Both the position numbers and the translations under genes were made by a program. From Nitrososphaerota archaeon (lineage in GTDB: Archaea; Thermoproteota; EX4484-205; JAAOZP01): DNA of 64,000 nucleotides. The notes beneath the pieces were generated by a model that saw nothing but the letters and a program-made list of their open reading frames with translations, was not told the DNA's origin and searched no databases. Where the stretch lies: the NCBI GenBank assembly GCA_011605725.1, contig JAAOZP010000010.1, positions 20,973-84,972 of the forward strand. The letters are read 5' to 3'. The number at the start of each line of letters is the position of its first letter. The stretch's first letter is position 1. Below, piece after piece: positions 37,828-46,665 of this stretch.

Positions 37828-38586
37828 TTAGCCTAGGGAGGTAAGTCTCTCTATAAGCTCCTTAGCAGAGCCTAGGTTTGACAATGCTACAACTATCCCG
37901 TCAACCTTAGCTATCTCCGCGGCGACGGGGTCAAGGCTCTTAGGACCATGGAGAACAATCATTTTCGGCTTAAAAGGGTATAAGTGTATCCCAACGAGCG
38001 GGCTTCTTCCATGTTGAACATTAGTGAAGACAAGCGTCCTTATGTTCGTGTAGCCGAAAACATTAACCATGTCATACCATTTGAAATATAGTATTGCTTT
38101 AACGCTGTCGAGCACAGTGTGGCCGAAGACAAAATCGTCAAGCATGTCTGGGAATGTTTCCACCCTGCCCTCAACAGCCTCAACAACCTTCCGCATGGAA
38201 ACAGGCTTAGAATACTCCTTCATATCCAGGATTATCCCTTTAAGAATCGGCTCCGTCTTCAGCAGGTCTATTAGATGTGCACCGCCCCTTTCAGCATCGC
38301 TTTCAACAAGGTTCTGAACATAGTGTCTTAGAAAACCTATTCCAGGGTTTCTCCTCCTGCCTGTTTCATAGTCGCTTATTACTGAAGCTGAAATCCCCAT
38401 TTTGCTTGCTAAGGTTTTCTGCGAGATCCCGAACTTCTCACGCCAGTTTCTCAAAACTATGAAGGGCTGCTCAGCTAGGACAACGTCGCTGATGATCTTC
38501 TTCATAGACACCTGCTTGGCTACCGTAAGTAGTTCACTGAGATAGGGGACAAGCTCATCGCTCATAGTCGAGAAAGGAATAAACAT
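37828..38586 (-). CDS. XRE-family HTH transcriptional regulator with an archaeal C-terminal domain (COG1395-like)
   Basis: LRNWREKFGISQKTLASKMGISASVISDYETGRRRNPG is a classic cro/C1 HTH. It lies 30 nt downstream of hisI on the same strand. Confidence 0.65.
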   Translation of the reverse strand: MFIPFSTMSDELVPYLSELLTVAKQVSMKKIISDVVLAEQPFIVLRNWREKFGISQKTLASKMGISASVISDYETGRRRNPGIGFLRHYVQNLVESDAERGGAHLIDLLKTEPILKGIILDMKEYSKPVSMRKVVEAVEGRVETFPDMLDDFVFGHTVLDSVKAILYFKWYDMVNVFGYTNIRTLVFTNVQHGRSPLVGIHLYPFKPKMIVLHGPKSLDPVAAEIAKVDGIVVALSNLGSAKELIERLTSLG

Positions 38587-38616
38587 TAGCCGATACTTAA
38601 GCCTTTACCGTAATGT

Positions 38617-39033
38617 TCAGCCACGCCGGCCAGCATAGACGCGCTTAGGGTTAAAAACCCTGTTCTCAACTATCTTTAAACCACCATTCTTAAGAATCTT
38701 CCTGTAGAAACAGGTTTTATAGCCCATGTGGCAAGCTCCTGGGCCCTCCTGCTCAACTGTGAAGAGTAGAGCACTGTTTTCACAGTTGATCTTCACTTCT
38801 AAAACCCTCTGAACAAAGCCAGAGGACTCTCCTTTCATCCAGACTCTTCCTCTTCTCCTCGAATAGTAGTGCATGAATCCGGTTGAGAGGGTTTTTAAAA
38901 GAGCATTCTTATCCATGAAAGCAACCATCAGGACTTCTCCCTCACTATTCATCGTCACCACTGGGATAAGGCCGTTTTCAAAATTAAGTTTAGAAAGGAC
39001 TCGCCTGGTTTTTCTAAAGCTTATTTTAAACAC
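38617..39033 (-). CDS. hisI: Phosphoribosyl-AMP cyclohydrolase
   Basis: GLIPVVTMNSEGEVLMVAFMDKNALLKTL.TG..HYYSRRRGRVWMKGESSG and C.N.ALLF.VEQEG.GACH.GY..CFYR. Confidence 0.9.
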   Translation of the reverse strand: MFKISFRKTRRVLSKLNFENGLIPVVTMNSEGEVLMVAFMDKNALLKTLSTGFMHYYSRRRGRVWMKGESSGFVQRVLEVKINCENSALLFTVEQEGPGACHMGYKTCFYRKILKNGGLKIVENRVFNPKRVYAGRRG

Positions 39034-39649
39034 TTGCCCCGCCTCCGCAGAGCCTTAAAAAGTTTTCAAGGATTCTCAGCCCAGCCTGCCAGCTTTTCTC
39101 AGGGTGAAACTGCACGCCGAAAATGTTTCCCTTCTCAAACACAACTGGGAACTTTAGACCCTCATAGCTAGTAAAGGCGGACGCGTCTTCAGCATCATAA
39201 TCCAAGGGTGCGTAAGAGTGTACAAAATACATGTAGGCACCGTTCGCTAAGCCGTTCAGAATAACAGATTTCCTTACTATTTCTATATTGTTCCAACCCA
39301 TGTGTGGAAGCCTTCTAACAGGGATCCTTTTAACAAGACCCCTGAAAAATCCGAGGCCTTTCTCACTCGGCTTCCCTTCTTCGCTTCCATTGAACATGAG
39401 TTGCAGACCTAAGCATATTCCAAGTATAGGATAACCGTTCTCCGCAATACTCATAATCCTTTCTCTCTCTTCATCGACCTTCTCAAAAGCAGCGGAATAG
39501 CTTCCAACCCCTGGAATAACCAGGCCGTCAAAATCTTCCTCAAGAATTATTGACGAGACTATTCTGGGTTCTGCCCCTGCTTTTTTCAGGGATGCGCTTA
39601 TGCTCGCCAGGTTTCCAACCCCACAGTCGAGTATTAGTATTTTTTTCAT
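39026..39649 (-). CDS. hisH: Imidazole glycerol phosphate synthase, glutaminase subunit
   Basis: ILILDCGVGNLASI, PILGICLGLQLMF and GVQFHPEKS. Confidence 0.9.
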   Translation of the reverse strand: MKKILILDCGVGNLASISASLKKAGAEPRIVSSIILEEDFDGLVIPGVGSYSAAFEKVDEERERIMSIAENGYPILGICLGLQLMFNGSEEGKPSEKGLGFFRGLVKRIPVRRLPHMGWNNIEIVRKSVILNGLANGAYMYFVHSYAPLDYDAEDASAFTSYEGLKFPVVFEKGNIFGVQFHPEKSWQAGLRILENFLRLCGGGASV

Positions 39650-39930
39650 CTGTGCCTACGCCTTCTCTCAAGCTCTTTCACAACTTCCTCAAGCTCTACT
39701 CCGGATGCTGCCAGAACTATGAGATAATGGAAGAGTAGGTCAGCTGCCTCCGCGACTTTGTCACCATTACCCTGTACTGCTGAAGCGAATTCAAAAGCCT
39801 CTTCCCCGAATTTTCCAAGCACTCTATCCATTCCTCTTTCAACAATACTCGCGACATAGGATCCCTCCGGCTTCTCACGCACCCTGTTTTTAACGACTTC
39901 GAATAGTTCGCCCAAGTACTCGATGGTCAA
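39646..39930 (-). CDS. hisE: Phosphoribosyl-ATP pyrophosphohydrolase
   Basis: 94 aa. [29 protein letters not shown]....G......[13 protein letters not shown]. Confidence 0.85.
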   Translation of the reverse strand: MTIEYLGELFEVVKNRVREKPEGSYVASIVERGMDRVLGKFGEEAFEFASAVQGNGDKVAEAADLLFHYLIVLAASGVELEEVVKELERRRRHR

Positions 39931-40685
39931 AGCCTTACTTCAACCCCTTTCTCCATTAACCATCTCTTAATATCTAAAACGCTGTACTGATCGTAATGGA
40001 GGAGTGAAGCAATGAGTGCGGCATCAGCACCCCCTTTGGTAAGAGCCTCATAAACATGCTGTAACGAGCCGGCTCCGCCTGAAGCTATTATAGGTATGTT
40101 GACGCTTTTCCTCGCCGCCTGTAAAAGTTCAACATCGTAGCCTAACTTGGTTCCATCCGCGTCTATGCTTGTCAAAAGTATTTCGCCAGCACCCTCGTAT
40201 TCACATGTCTTAATCCATTCAAGCGCGTCCAGCCCAGTCGGTTCTTTTCCAGCTTTAACATAGACTTCCCATCCCTTCTCAACTCTCTTAGCGTCAACAG
40301 CAACCACTACGCATTGCTGCCCGAAAATACTGCTAGCCCTTCTAATCAGGCTCCTGTCCCTGACGGCTGCAGTATTGACTGAAACCTTATCTGCACCAGC
40401 CCTAAGGAGTCTTCCAAAATCCTCCACGCTTCTAACTCCTCCTCCAACAGTCAGGGGAATGAAAAGGTTTTCAGCAGTCTTCTCAACCACTTCCAACATT
40501 GTTTCCCTTCCCTTCGGCGTGGCTGAAATATCTAGGAAAACTATTTCGTCAGCAGACTGCTCCATGTATTTGACGGCGAGCTCCGCAGGGTCTCCTATTC
40601 TCTTAAGGTTTGAAAACTTGACACCCTTAACCACAATACCGTCATAAACATCAAGACATGGAATTAATCTCTTGGTTAAACCCAT
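39927..40685 (-). CDS. hisF: Imidazole glycerol phosphate synthase, cyclase subunit
   Basis: [38 protein letters not shown] and IASGGAG. Confidence 0.95.
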   Translation of the reverse strand: MGLTKRLIPCLDVYDGIVVKGVKFSNLKRIGDPAELAVKYMEQSADEIVFLDISATPKGRETMLEVVEKTAENLFIPLTVGGGVRSVEDFGRLLRAGADKVSVNTAAVRDRSLIRRASSIFGQQCVVVAVDAKRVEKGWEVYVKAGKEPTGLDALEWIKTCEYEGAGEILLTSIDADGTKLGYDVELLQAARKSVNIPIIASGGAGSLQHVYEALTKGGADAALIASLLHYDQYSVLDIKRWLMEKGVEVRL

Positions 40686-40690
40686 TTCCC

Positions 40691-41272
40691 CTACAAAACC
40701 CCCTTTTCACTCGGAATATTTGAACCTGTTATTGTAACCGCCTGTTTGAAAGCAAGCCCGGCAGCTTTAAAAACGGCTTCAGCCAAGTGATGCGGATCAC
40801 CGTTTCTAAAGACCAGGATGTGAAGCGTTACGCCAGATGAGTTTGAAAGGCTTCGGAAGAAGTGTGGAATCATGCTGACTCCAATGTTTCCGAGGGTTGT
40901 CTGGTTAAATCGCATGTTATGGGAGAAGAATGGTCTTCCGCTTAAGTCTAGTGAAACACATGCAAGCACCTCATCCATAGGAATAACAGAATAGCCGAAC
41001 CTGTTCACCCCTTTTTTCTCACCTAAAGCCCTCCTTAAAGCCTCGCCTAAAGCTATCGCAACATCCTCAATTAAATGGTGTTCATCGCATTCAACAATGT
41101 TCTTAGCATTCAGCCTAAGGTTGAAGCCTGAGAATCTGATCATGCTCCCAAGGAGATGATTAAACATAGGGTAGGGTGTCTCTATGGTGTGCACGCCTTC
41201 ACCGTCTAAGGTAAGCTCCAGTTCAACCACTGTTTCAACTGTTTCCCTACGAACTGTTGATGTTCTTGTCAA
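40691..41272 (-). CDS. hisB: Imidazoleglycerol-phosphate dehydratase
   Basis: [34 protein letters not shown], and [10 protein letters not shown]. Confidence 0.9.
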   Translation of the reverse strand: MTRTSTVRRETVETVVELELTLDGEGVHTIETPYPMFNHLLGSMIRFSGFNLRLNAKNIVECDEHHLIEDVAIALGEALRRALGEKKGVNRFGYSVIPMDEVLACVSLDLSGRPFFSHNMRFNQTTLGNIGVSMIPHFFRSLSNSSGVTLHILVFRNGDPHHLAEAVFKAAGLAFKQAVTITGSNIPSEKGVL

Positions 41273-41994
41273 TCCTCAGCAATCCTCCTTAAATCCTCTA
41301 GGCTTAGCAACCCATCATATAAGGCTTTACCAATAACTACGCTTTCCACGCCGGTTTTTTTCAACGTCAAAATATCTTCCGGAGAAGAGACTCCTCCAGC
41401 ATAAGTGAGCTTTAAACCTGTTTCCCTAAGCATGGATAAGAAGGAAAGCGTTTCATAGCGTAACCCTGCTAACGAGCCTTCTTTTCCAACATCGGTTATT
41501 AGAATTCCTTCTAAACCTATTGTCTCATCGACTTTCAGAACCCATTTGGCGACATCCTTCTCCAAGGCAATCATGCTTTCCCTACCTATGCCTCTAAACA
41601 TGTTTCTTCCCAGATAGTCTATTCCTAGAACAATTTTCCCCAAGCCTGAGAAATCATAAAGGGCATTCGTCGAACAGGGTTTCAGTCTCACGACGACCCT
41701 TGAAGCACCGTTTAGAATAAAATCTTCAACTTGCTTCCTGCTCCTGATTCCGCCAGCGACTTGAACCGGTATCCCGACTGAGCGTATAACCCTCTTAACA
41801 ATTTCAGTATTGCTTCTTCCCGTGTTTAACGAAGCATCTATATCGACTATGTGAATCATGCGGGCACCTTTTTTCTCCCAATAAATTGCTATTGTAACCG
41901 GATCGGAGTCTTCAAGGGTCTTATTCGCAACATGACCGACTACCTCAACCCTCTTCGAATCCATTATGTCTATCGATGGAACTATTTTCATCAA
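41269..41994 (-). CDS. hisA: ProFAR isomerase
   Basis: IVPSIDI..., IHIVDIDA, VQVAGGIRS and VVIGKALY. Confidence 0.85.
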   Translation of the reverse strand: MMKIVPSIDIMDSKRVEVVGHVANKTLEDSDPVTIAIYWEKKGARMIHIVDIDASLNTGRSNTEIVKRVIRSVGIPVQVAGGIRSRKQVEDFILNGASRVVVRLKPCSTNALYDFSGLGKIVLGIDYLGRNMFRGIGRESMIALEKDVAKWVLKVDETIGLEGILITDVGKEGSLAGLRYETLSFLSMLRETGLKLTYAGGVSSPEDILTLKKTGVESVVIGKALYDGLLSLEDLRRIAED

Positions 41995-42869
41995 ATAATC
42001 ACCTTATCAATATTGAGAACAAGGATATCCCGCGCACCCTTGTTCTTAACGTTGTAAACCACTTCGAAAACCTTATCTGAATCAACGACAGTCATGACTT
42101 CCCACATGGGTTCCTTAGACTCTACTTTAGAGATCGTTGGGCCGCTCATACAGGGTAGACAGCCGACAACTTCCTTCAGACATTCTTCGGGAACATTCAT
42201 CATTAGAAGCTTCTTTCCTTGGGCCATTTGCGTTGCTTGAATAATGGATATGATGCTTCCAATAATTTGCTGCTTCTCGGAGTTTTTAAGGCTGTTCCTA
42301 TTGCCTATTAACACTGCCTGCGAATCCATAATGGTTGAAAGAACCTTCAACCCGTGTATTAGAAGCGTTGTGCCTGTGCTCATAACTGAAACTATGCAGT
42401 CGGATAGACCTAGGTTCGGCATTGTCTCAGAGGTTCCTTCAACACTTATGATTTCTGCGTTAGCATTCAGGCTTTTAAAGAAGCTTCTCGATATGTTTGG
42501 GAACTCTGTTGCTACTTTGAAACCATCTTTTTTGAGCAGATCGTTTAAGTCGTTGAACCTCGATGATGGTGCTGCAAGCACGAGCTTAGCATGACCATAG
42601 TTAAGTGGAAGGACCTCTTCAACGTCTACGCCTGACTCCTTAACGAGATCTCTTCCAGTAATACCTAGGTCTACAACACCGTTTTCAACCATCCTCGGAA
42701 TATCTGCCGCACGGTTGAACACTACCGCAAGCCCTTTTAAACGGGAGATAGCTTGGTAACTCCGATCATTAGGAAAGTAAGTTATCAGACCTGATGAGCC
42801 TAGTAGTTCAAGCGAAGGCTGGAATAACCTTCCTTTGCTGGGAAGAGCTAGGAAAACCTGGTTGCTCAA
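41991..42869 (-). CDS. hisG: ATP phosphoribosyltransferase (long form)
   Basis: LALPSKGRL, DIPRMVENGVVDLGITGRDL, and a C-terminal regulatory-type extension (292 aa). Confidence 0.85.
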   Translation of the reverse strand: MSNQVFLALPSKGRLFQPSLELLGSSGLITYFPNDRSYQAISRLKGLAVVFNRAADIPRMVENGVVDLGITGRDLVKESGVDVEEVLPLNYGHAKLVLAAPSSRFNDLNDLLKKDGFKVATEFPNISRSFFKSLNANAEIISVEGTSETMPNLGLSDCIVSVMSTGTTLLIHGLKVLSTIMDSQAVLIGNRNSLKNSEKQQIIGSIISIIQATQMAQGKKLLMMNVPEECLKEVVGCLPCMSGPTISKVESKEPMWEVMTVVDSDKVFEVVYNVKNKGARDILVLNIDKVII

Positions 42870-43855
42870 CTTGCCAGAACCCTCCTTAAAACATGTAGAA
42901 AGTATTTCAGCTCAATCATGGTTCCAACAGTGACTCTTAGAAAAGACTTCTCAATACCTCCCCATTCGGATGTCACTGAACGCACCCTTATGTTTTCAGC
43001 AAGAAGCTTTTCGAAGATTCTTTGAGCGTCTTCAACGTAGACCGGCACGTAATTCGCTTTAGAATCACAGGTTTTAACGCCGTCAAGCCTGTTCAACGCA
43101 TCGATCATGTAGGCTTTGTTAAAGGAGGTTGATTCAACAATCATTCTAAGCCACTCTTTGTCTTCAAGAGCCGCCTTAGAGGCTTCTACAGCAGGAGCAG
43201 GAACGTCGAAAGGACCCATGGCTTTCTCAACTTCTCTTAAAAAAGAGCTCTCCCCCAAGAGATATCCTGACCTTAGGCCTGCTAATCCATATGCTTTAGA
43301 AAAAGTCCTGACTAACACTAGGTTGCTGAAGTCGCGTAAAAGTGGGATGAAGCTTTTACCATAATACTCCGTATAGGCCTCATCCACTATAACCATTCCG
43401 AATTCCTCCAGAAGCCTTCTCAAAATGCTTTCTTCAACAGCCTCCCCAGTCGGATTGTTTGGCGATCCTAGCAATAGAACGGCGTTACTGTCTGAGAGGC
43501 TGAAAACAGTGTCCCAGCTTCTCCCCAGCCAGGCTGGTGTCTGCTCAACCCTGTTAAAGAAAAGCCTGGAAAACCTTGTGTACATTAAGAAGGCTGGTGA
43601 AGGTATCACGACGCGTTCATATTTCTTCGACAAGCATTGAAGTAGGACCTGTATCCCTCTGTCGCTGCCTGGGGTTGGAAGAACCTCAACGGGCTGTAGT
43701 CCTAAATGGCTTGAGATAAACTCCTTATAATCAGCGTAATCCGGATACCTGTTTAGGCGCATGGTTGTCTTATAATAGGCTAGTATGGCTCTTGGTGACG
43801 GGCCGAACGGATTTTCATTCGTGTCTAGCCGTATAGGCTTTGATGGGAACTTCAT
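42866..43855 (-). CDS. hisC: Histidinol-phosphate aminotransferase
   Basis: MKFPSKPIRLDTNENPFGPSP, SPNNPTG and TFSKAYGLAGLRSGY. I prefer the ATG at 43855 (verified by hand) to the track start at 43936, which would overlap the divergent gene. Confidence 0.85.
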   Translation of the reverse strand: MKFPSKPIRLDTNENPFGPSPRAILAYYKTTMRLNRYPDYADYKEFISSHLGLQPVEVLPTPGSDRGIQVLLQCLSKKYERVVIPSPAFLMYTRFSRLFFNRVEQTPAWLGRSWDTVFSLSDSNAVLLLGSPNNPTGEAVEESILRRLLEEFGMVIVDEAYTEYYGKSFIPLLRDFSNLVLVRTFSKAYGLAGLRSGYLLGESSFLREVEKAMGPFDVPAPAVEASKAALEDKEWLRMIVESTSFNKAYMIDALNRLDGVKTCDSKANYVPVYVEDAQRIFEKLLAENIRVRSVTSEWGGIEKSFLRVTVGTMIELKYFLHVLRRVLAS

Positions 43856-43882
43856 GGGAATGAAGTTCCATTCTGAACCCAC

Positions 43883-43892
43883 ATATTTATAA
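43883..43892. promoter_or_regulatory. TATA-like element in the 68-bp hisC / AbrB-ACT divergent spacer
   Basis: ATATTTATAA lies 28-37 nt upstream of the hisC ATG on the minus strand (leaderless geometry) and 32-41 nt upstream of the plus-strand ATG at 43924. That ATG is preceded by GGAGG at 43915-43919. Confidence 0.3.
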
Positions 43893-43923
43893 GCTTTTCC
43901 CAAGCGTCTAAAAAGGAGGCAGA

Positions 43924-44340
43924 ATGCCAAAGACATACCTGCTTAAAATAGACGATAGAGGCAGAATACTTATACCTCAAGCAGTCAGAGACCTTATGGG
44001 GCTTAGACCACAGTCTGAGACGGTTGGAACATATGATTCTGAAAGAAACGTTTTCACGTTGATGCCCGTCAGGCAAGGTGGGAACTTCGTAAGAATAGTT
44101 TTTAAAATATCTGATCAGCCAGGCTCATTAGCTAAAGTCGCTAACTCGCTTGCAGCCTCAGGAATAAACCTTGTGGCGACGAGTTCAACAACCCTTGTTC
44201 CCGGTAAGCTGGCTGAGTGGGAGGTTATTGCAGACGTCGACAAGAACTATCCTTTGAAAGAGCGTTTAAAGGGTATTGCTGATGGTCTCAGGGACATCAT
44301 GTTTGGGTTCGAAATAGAGGAGGCTAAGGTTGAAGCCTGA
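43924..44340 (+). CDS. AbrB/SpoVT-type DNA-binding domain fused to an ACT (small-ligand-binding) domain
   Basis: N-terminal LKIDDRGRILIPQAVRDLMGLRPQSETV...FTLMPV is a swapped-hairpin AbrB/MazE-like motif. C-terminal VRIVFKISDQPGSLAKVANSLAASGINLVATSS...AEWEVIADV is ACT-like. Confidence 0.65.
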   Translation: MPKTYLLKIDDRGRILIPQAVRDLMGLRPQSETVGTYDSERNVFTLMPVRQGGNFVRIVFKISDQPGSLAKVANSLAASGINLVATSSTTLVPGKLAEWEVIADVDKNYPLKERLKGIADGLRDIMFGFEIEEAKVEA

Positions 44341-44423
44341 AACCTCGTTTTTCAACGAGTATCGAGCCGGATGGAAAAGATTTTTAAGCATCCTTAGAAT
44401 ATTCTTTCCTGAATAAAGCCTAA

Positions 44424-44744
44424 ATGGTAGGGATAGAAGAAACATTAGGTGAAAGGATAAAGCCATTTGACGACAAGGAAATTTTCGAGGAGCTAAGCAA
44501 GGAGGAGCAGGTAATAACTATAAGGCTTGAAGTAACCAGGTGGAACAAGCAGATGACTATAATCGAAGGCATTGATCCTAAGGAGGTGGACTTAAACAGC
44601 CTTGCTAAGAAGCTTAAAACTTACTGCGCATGTGGAGGAACGGTTAAAAACAATGCTATTATGCTTCAGGGTGACCAAAGGCAGAGAGTGTACAACTATC
44701 TTTCTAAAAACGGTTTCTCGGAAAGAAACATAACAATACTCTAG
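44424..44744 (+). CDS. sui1: Translation initiation factor aSUI1/eIF1
   Basis: ITIRLEVTRWNKQMTIIEGIDPKEVDLNSLAKKLKTYCACGGTVKNNAIMLQGDQRQRVYNYL. Confidence 0.9.
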   Translation: MVGIEETLGERIKPFDDKEIFEELSKEEQVITIRLEVTRWNKQMTIIEGIDPKEVDLNSLAKKLKTYCACGGTVKNNAIMLQGDQRQRVYNYLSKNGFSERNITIL

Positions 44745-44843
44745 CCTGAAAGTAAGCTGAACCGCTGCGGGAGGATTTTCCTAGATTGAACTGGGCATGT
44801 TGATGGAAAACCTTATCTTCAAGAGCAAAGTTTTCTTGAAGCG

Positions 44844-45365
44844 TTGGACACGCTTGAATGCATCTTGAAAAGGAGAAGCGTAAGGTCATTCTTAAAGAAG
44901 CCAGTGCCTAAAGAGCTTCTCGACAAGGTTCTTGAAGCAGCCCTTATGGCTCCGTCAGCAGGAGACATACACCCTTACAGGATAGTTGTTGTAACGGATG
45001 AGTATAAAATAAGACAGATTGCTGAGGCAGCTTTAAACCAAGCATTCATATCTCAGGCTCCCATCGTGATAGTATACCTCGTTTCCATCGAGGAGGCTTC
45101 AGCATATGGAAAGAGAGGAGTTGAACTTTACAGCATTCTGGACGTCGGCGCATCCATGGAGAACCTTATGCTGGCAGCCACTAGTTTAGGATTGTCAACG
45201 TGCTGGATCGGAGCTTTCGACGAGAGACGTGTCGAAGAGATCCTTAATGCCCCTGAAGGATATAGAGCGGTTTCACTCACCCCCTTAGGTTATTCGGATT
45301 CTGCAGCCCGCTGGAGGCCGCCACCACCTAGAAGCACGAGAATCTTATACGAGGGGTTCCAGTAA
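44844..45365 (+). CDS. Nitroreductase-family flavoprotein
   Basis: ILKRRSVRSFLKKPVPKELLDKVLEAALMAPSAGD and CWIGAFDE. Confidence 0.8.
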   Translation: MDTLECILKRRSVRSFLKKPVPKELLDKVLEAALMAPSAGDIHPYRIVVVTDEYKIRQIAEAALNQAFISQAPIVIVYLVSIEEASAYGKRGVELYSILDVGASMENLMLAATSLGLSTCWIGAFDERRVEEILNAPEGYRAVSLTPLGYSDSAARWRPPPPRSTRILYEGFQ

Positions 45366-45366
45366 G

Positions 45367-45999
45367 ATGGAGAGCAAAAGATTCCAGAATGTGGCTGAAG
45401 TGCTTAACCGCTTGAACGAGTTAAACGAGGAGAATGCTATCCGAGTGATGGTTGCCTTGTTTAAAAAGGTTGACGCCAACTGCCTTGAAACTCTTCTCAG
45501 GATAATGAGAATGGATTTTGGTGAGGCTTCGAGGCTTATTGGTACACATTTGTTAAAGAGAATAGTTTCAGAAGCTCTAGCCAGAATAACGCCTCTTAAA
45601 CAGGATATGGTTGAAAGACTGGTGCGATCCGGAAGATTGGATGACGTGTTAAAAAGAAGGAGCAGTATACTTCTCGAAAAGGAATTGAGCATTGAGCAAG
45701 CCTATCTAGGAATGCTTGAGGCTTGTGAGATTAGCGGAAAGAGTAGTATCGCCTCCAAGGTTAAAAGCTTAGCAGGTTTACTCAATAAAGCCTCCGATGA
45801 AGAGGTTGTTCTCATCATAAACATGCTGACTGGCAGGCAGAAGCCTGTAGACGACAGGCTTATTCTAAAGGCTTTGAGTGAAGCATTTTGTAGCTCAGCC
45901 GCCACTGGGATGGGGATTATTAACGAGCAGGATTTTCAAGACATTTATAAAGTGGCGATGCAGGTAGTTAAAAATGCAGGACGGGCCGGAGCAGGGTAA
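45367..45999 (+). CDS. Stand-alone protein resembling the N-terminal DNA-binding domain of ATP-dependent DNA ligases
   Basis: FQNVAEVLNRLNEL....IRVMVALFKKVDANCLETLL and LSIEQAYLGMLEACEISGKSSIASKVKSLAGLLNKASDEEVVLIINMLTGRQKPVDDRLILKALSEAF parallel P. furiosus Lig YLELAQLYQKLEKT...LVADFLKKVPDDHLEF and [69 protein letters not shown]. The ORF stops where the adenylation domain would begin. Confidence 0.5.
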   Translation: MESKRFQNVAEVLNRLNELNEENAIRVMVALFKKVDANCLETLLRIMRMDFGEASRLIGTHLLKRIVSEALARITPLKQDMVERLVRSGRLDDVLKRRSSILLEKELSIEQAYLGMLEACEISGKSSIASKVKSLAGLLNKASDEEVVLIINMLTGRQKPVDDRLILKALSEAFCSSAATGMGIINEQDFQDIYKVAMQVVKNAGRAGAG

Positions 46000-46177
46000 G
46001 AAAGAGGATTCTGGAAGAATTGAGCAAACAATAGAGTGTGCTGAAGAATTATCCAAAATGGTTCAGAGCCTGAATACTGCTTTGTCGAGGGGAGACTTCG
46101 AAGAGTTGAGGGAAATCTTAAGGAAGGTTAAGAAACGTATACTGGAGTTGGAGAACTATCTAAATATGATTGATTAA
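45974..46177 (+). CDS. Small charged coiled-coil ORF (67 aa)
   Basis: ORF only. It overlaps the upstream gene by 26 nt. Confidence 0.3.
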   Translation: MQDGPEQGKKEDSGRIEQTIECAEELSKMVQSLNTALSRGDFEELREILRKVKKRILELENYLNMID

Positions 46178-46245
46178 ACCTGATTCCTCTTTTCCACAAC
46201 CTTTTCTAAGGAGTAAAGCTTAATAGGTTAAAGACCAACTAAAAC

Positions 46246-46527
46246 ATGGTGGTCTTAATGTCTGAAGTTGAGGCGAAGATTGATGAATGCATAGCTGAGC
46301 TAAAGCCCTACAGGATGTTCTCCTCCGAGGCGAGTAACGCTATAAAAAGCTTGGAAACGCTCAAGGAGCAGTTGAAAAACCTAACAAAGGAAAACATTGA
46401 TGAAGTTATAAGGGGTGTGGATGAAGGATATCGGGGAAGCCTAGCGTATGCGAATTTCATTCCTAAGACGGTTGAGAACCTTAGATTCATAAAGGAATAT
46501 CTTGAGAAAGTAAAGGCTTCTCTCTAG
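46246..46527 (+). CDS. Small helical hypothetical protein (93 aa)
   Basis: ORF only. Confidence 0.35.
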   Translation: MVVLMSEVEAKIDECIAELKPYRMFSSEASNAIKSLETLKEQLKNLTKENIDEVIRGVDEGYRGSLAYANFIPKTVENLRFIKEYLEKVKASL

Positions 46528-46665
46528 TCTACCAGCATAGGTTAAATTAATCTAGGTAACCATGCACTCTTTCTCCACCGCATTTATACTAGCTGGATGA
46601 CTCCAGTACGCCATGAAGCGGAATACCAGCTAATATTTTTAAGCCTGTTCTCCAGAGAAAAGTCT

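Noticed and set aside
43856-43936. N-terminal extension of hisC in the track (start 43936), and the 74-aa minus ORF 43852..44076.
   Set aside because: The extension (MSLAFCLLFRRLGKAYKYVGSEWNFIP) has no HisC homology and would overlap the divergent AbrB-ACT gene and consume the promoter spacer. The ATG at 43855 gives the canonical MKFPSKPIRLDTNENPFGP start.
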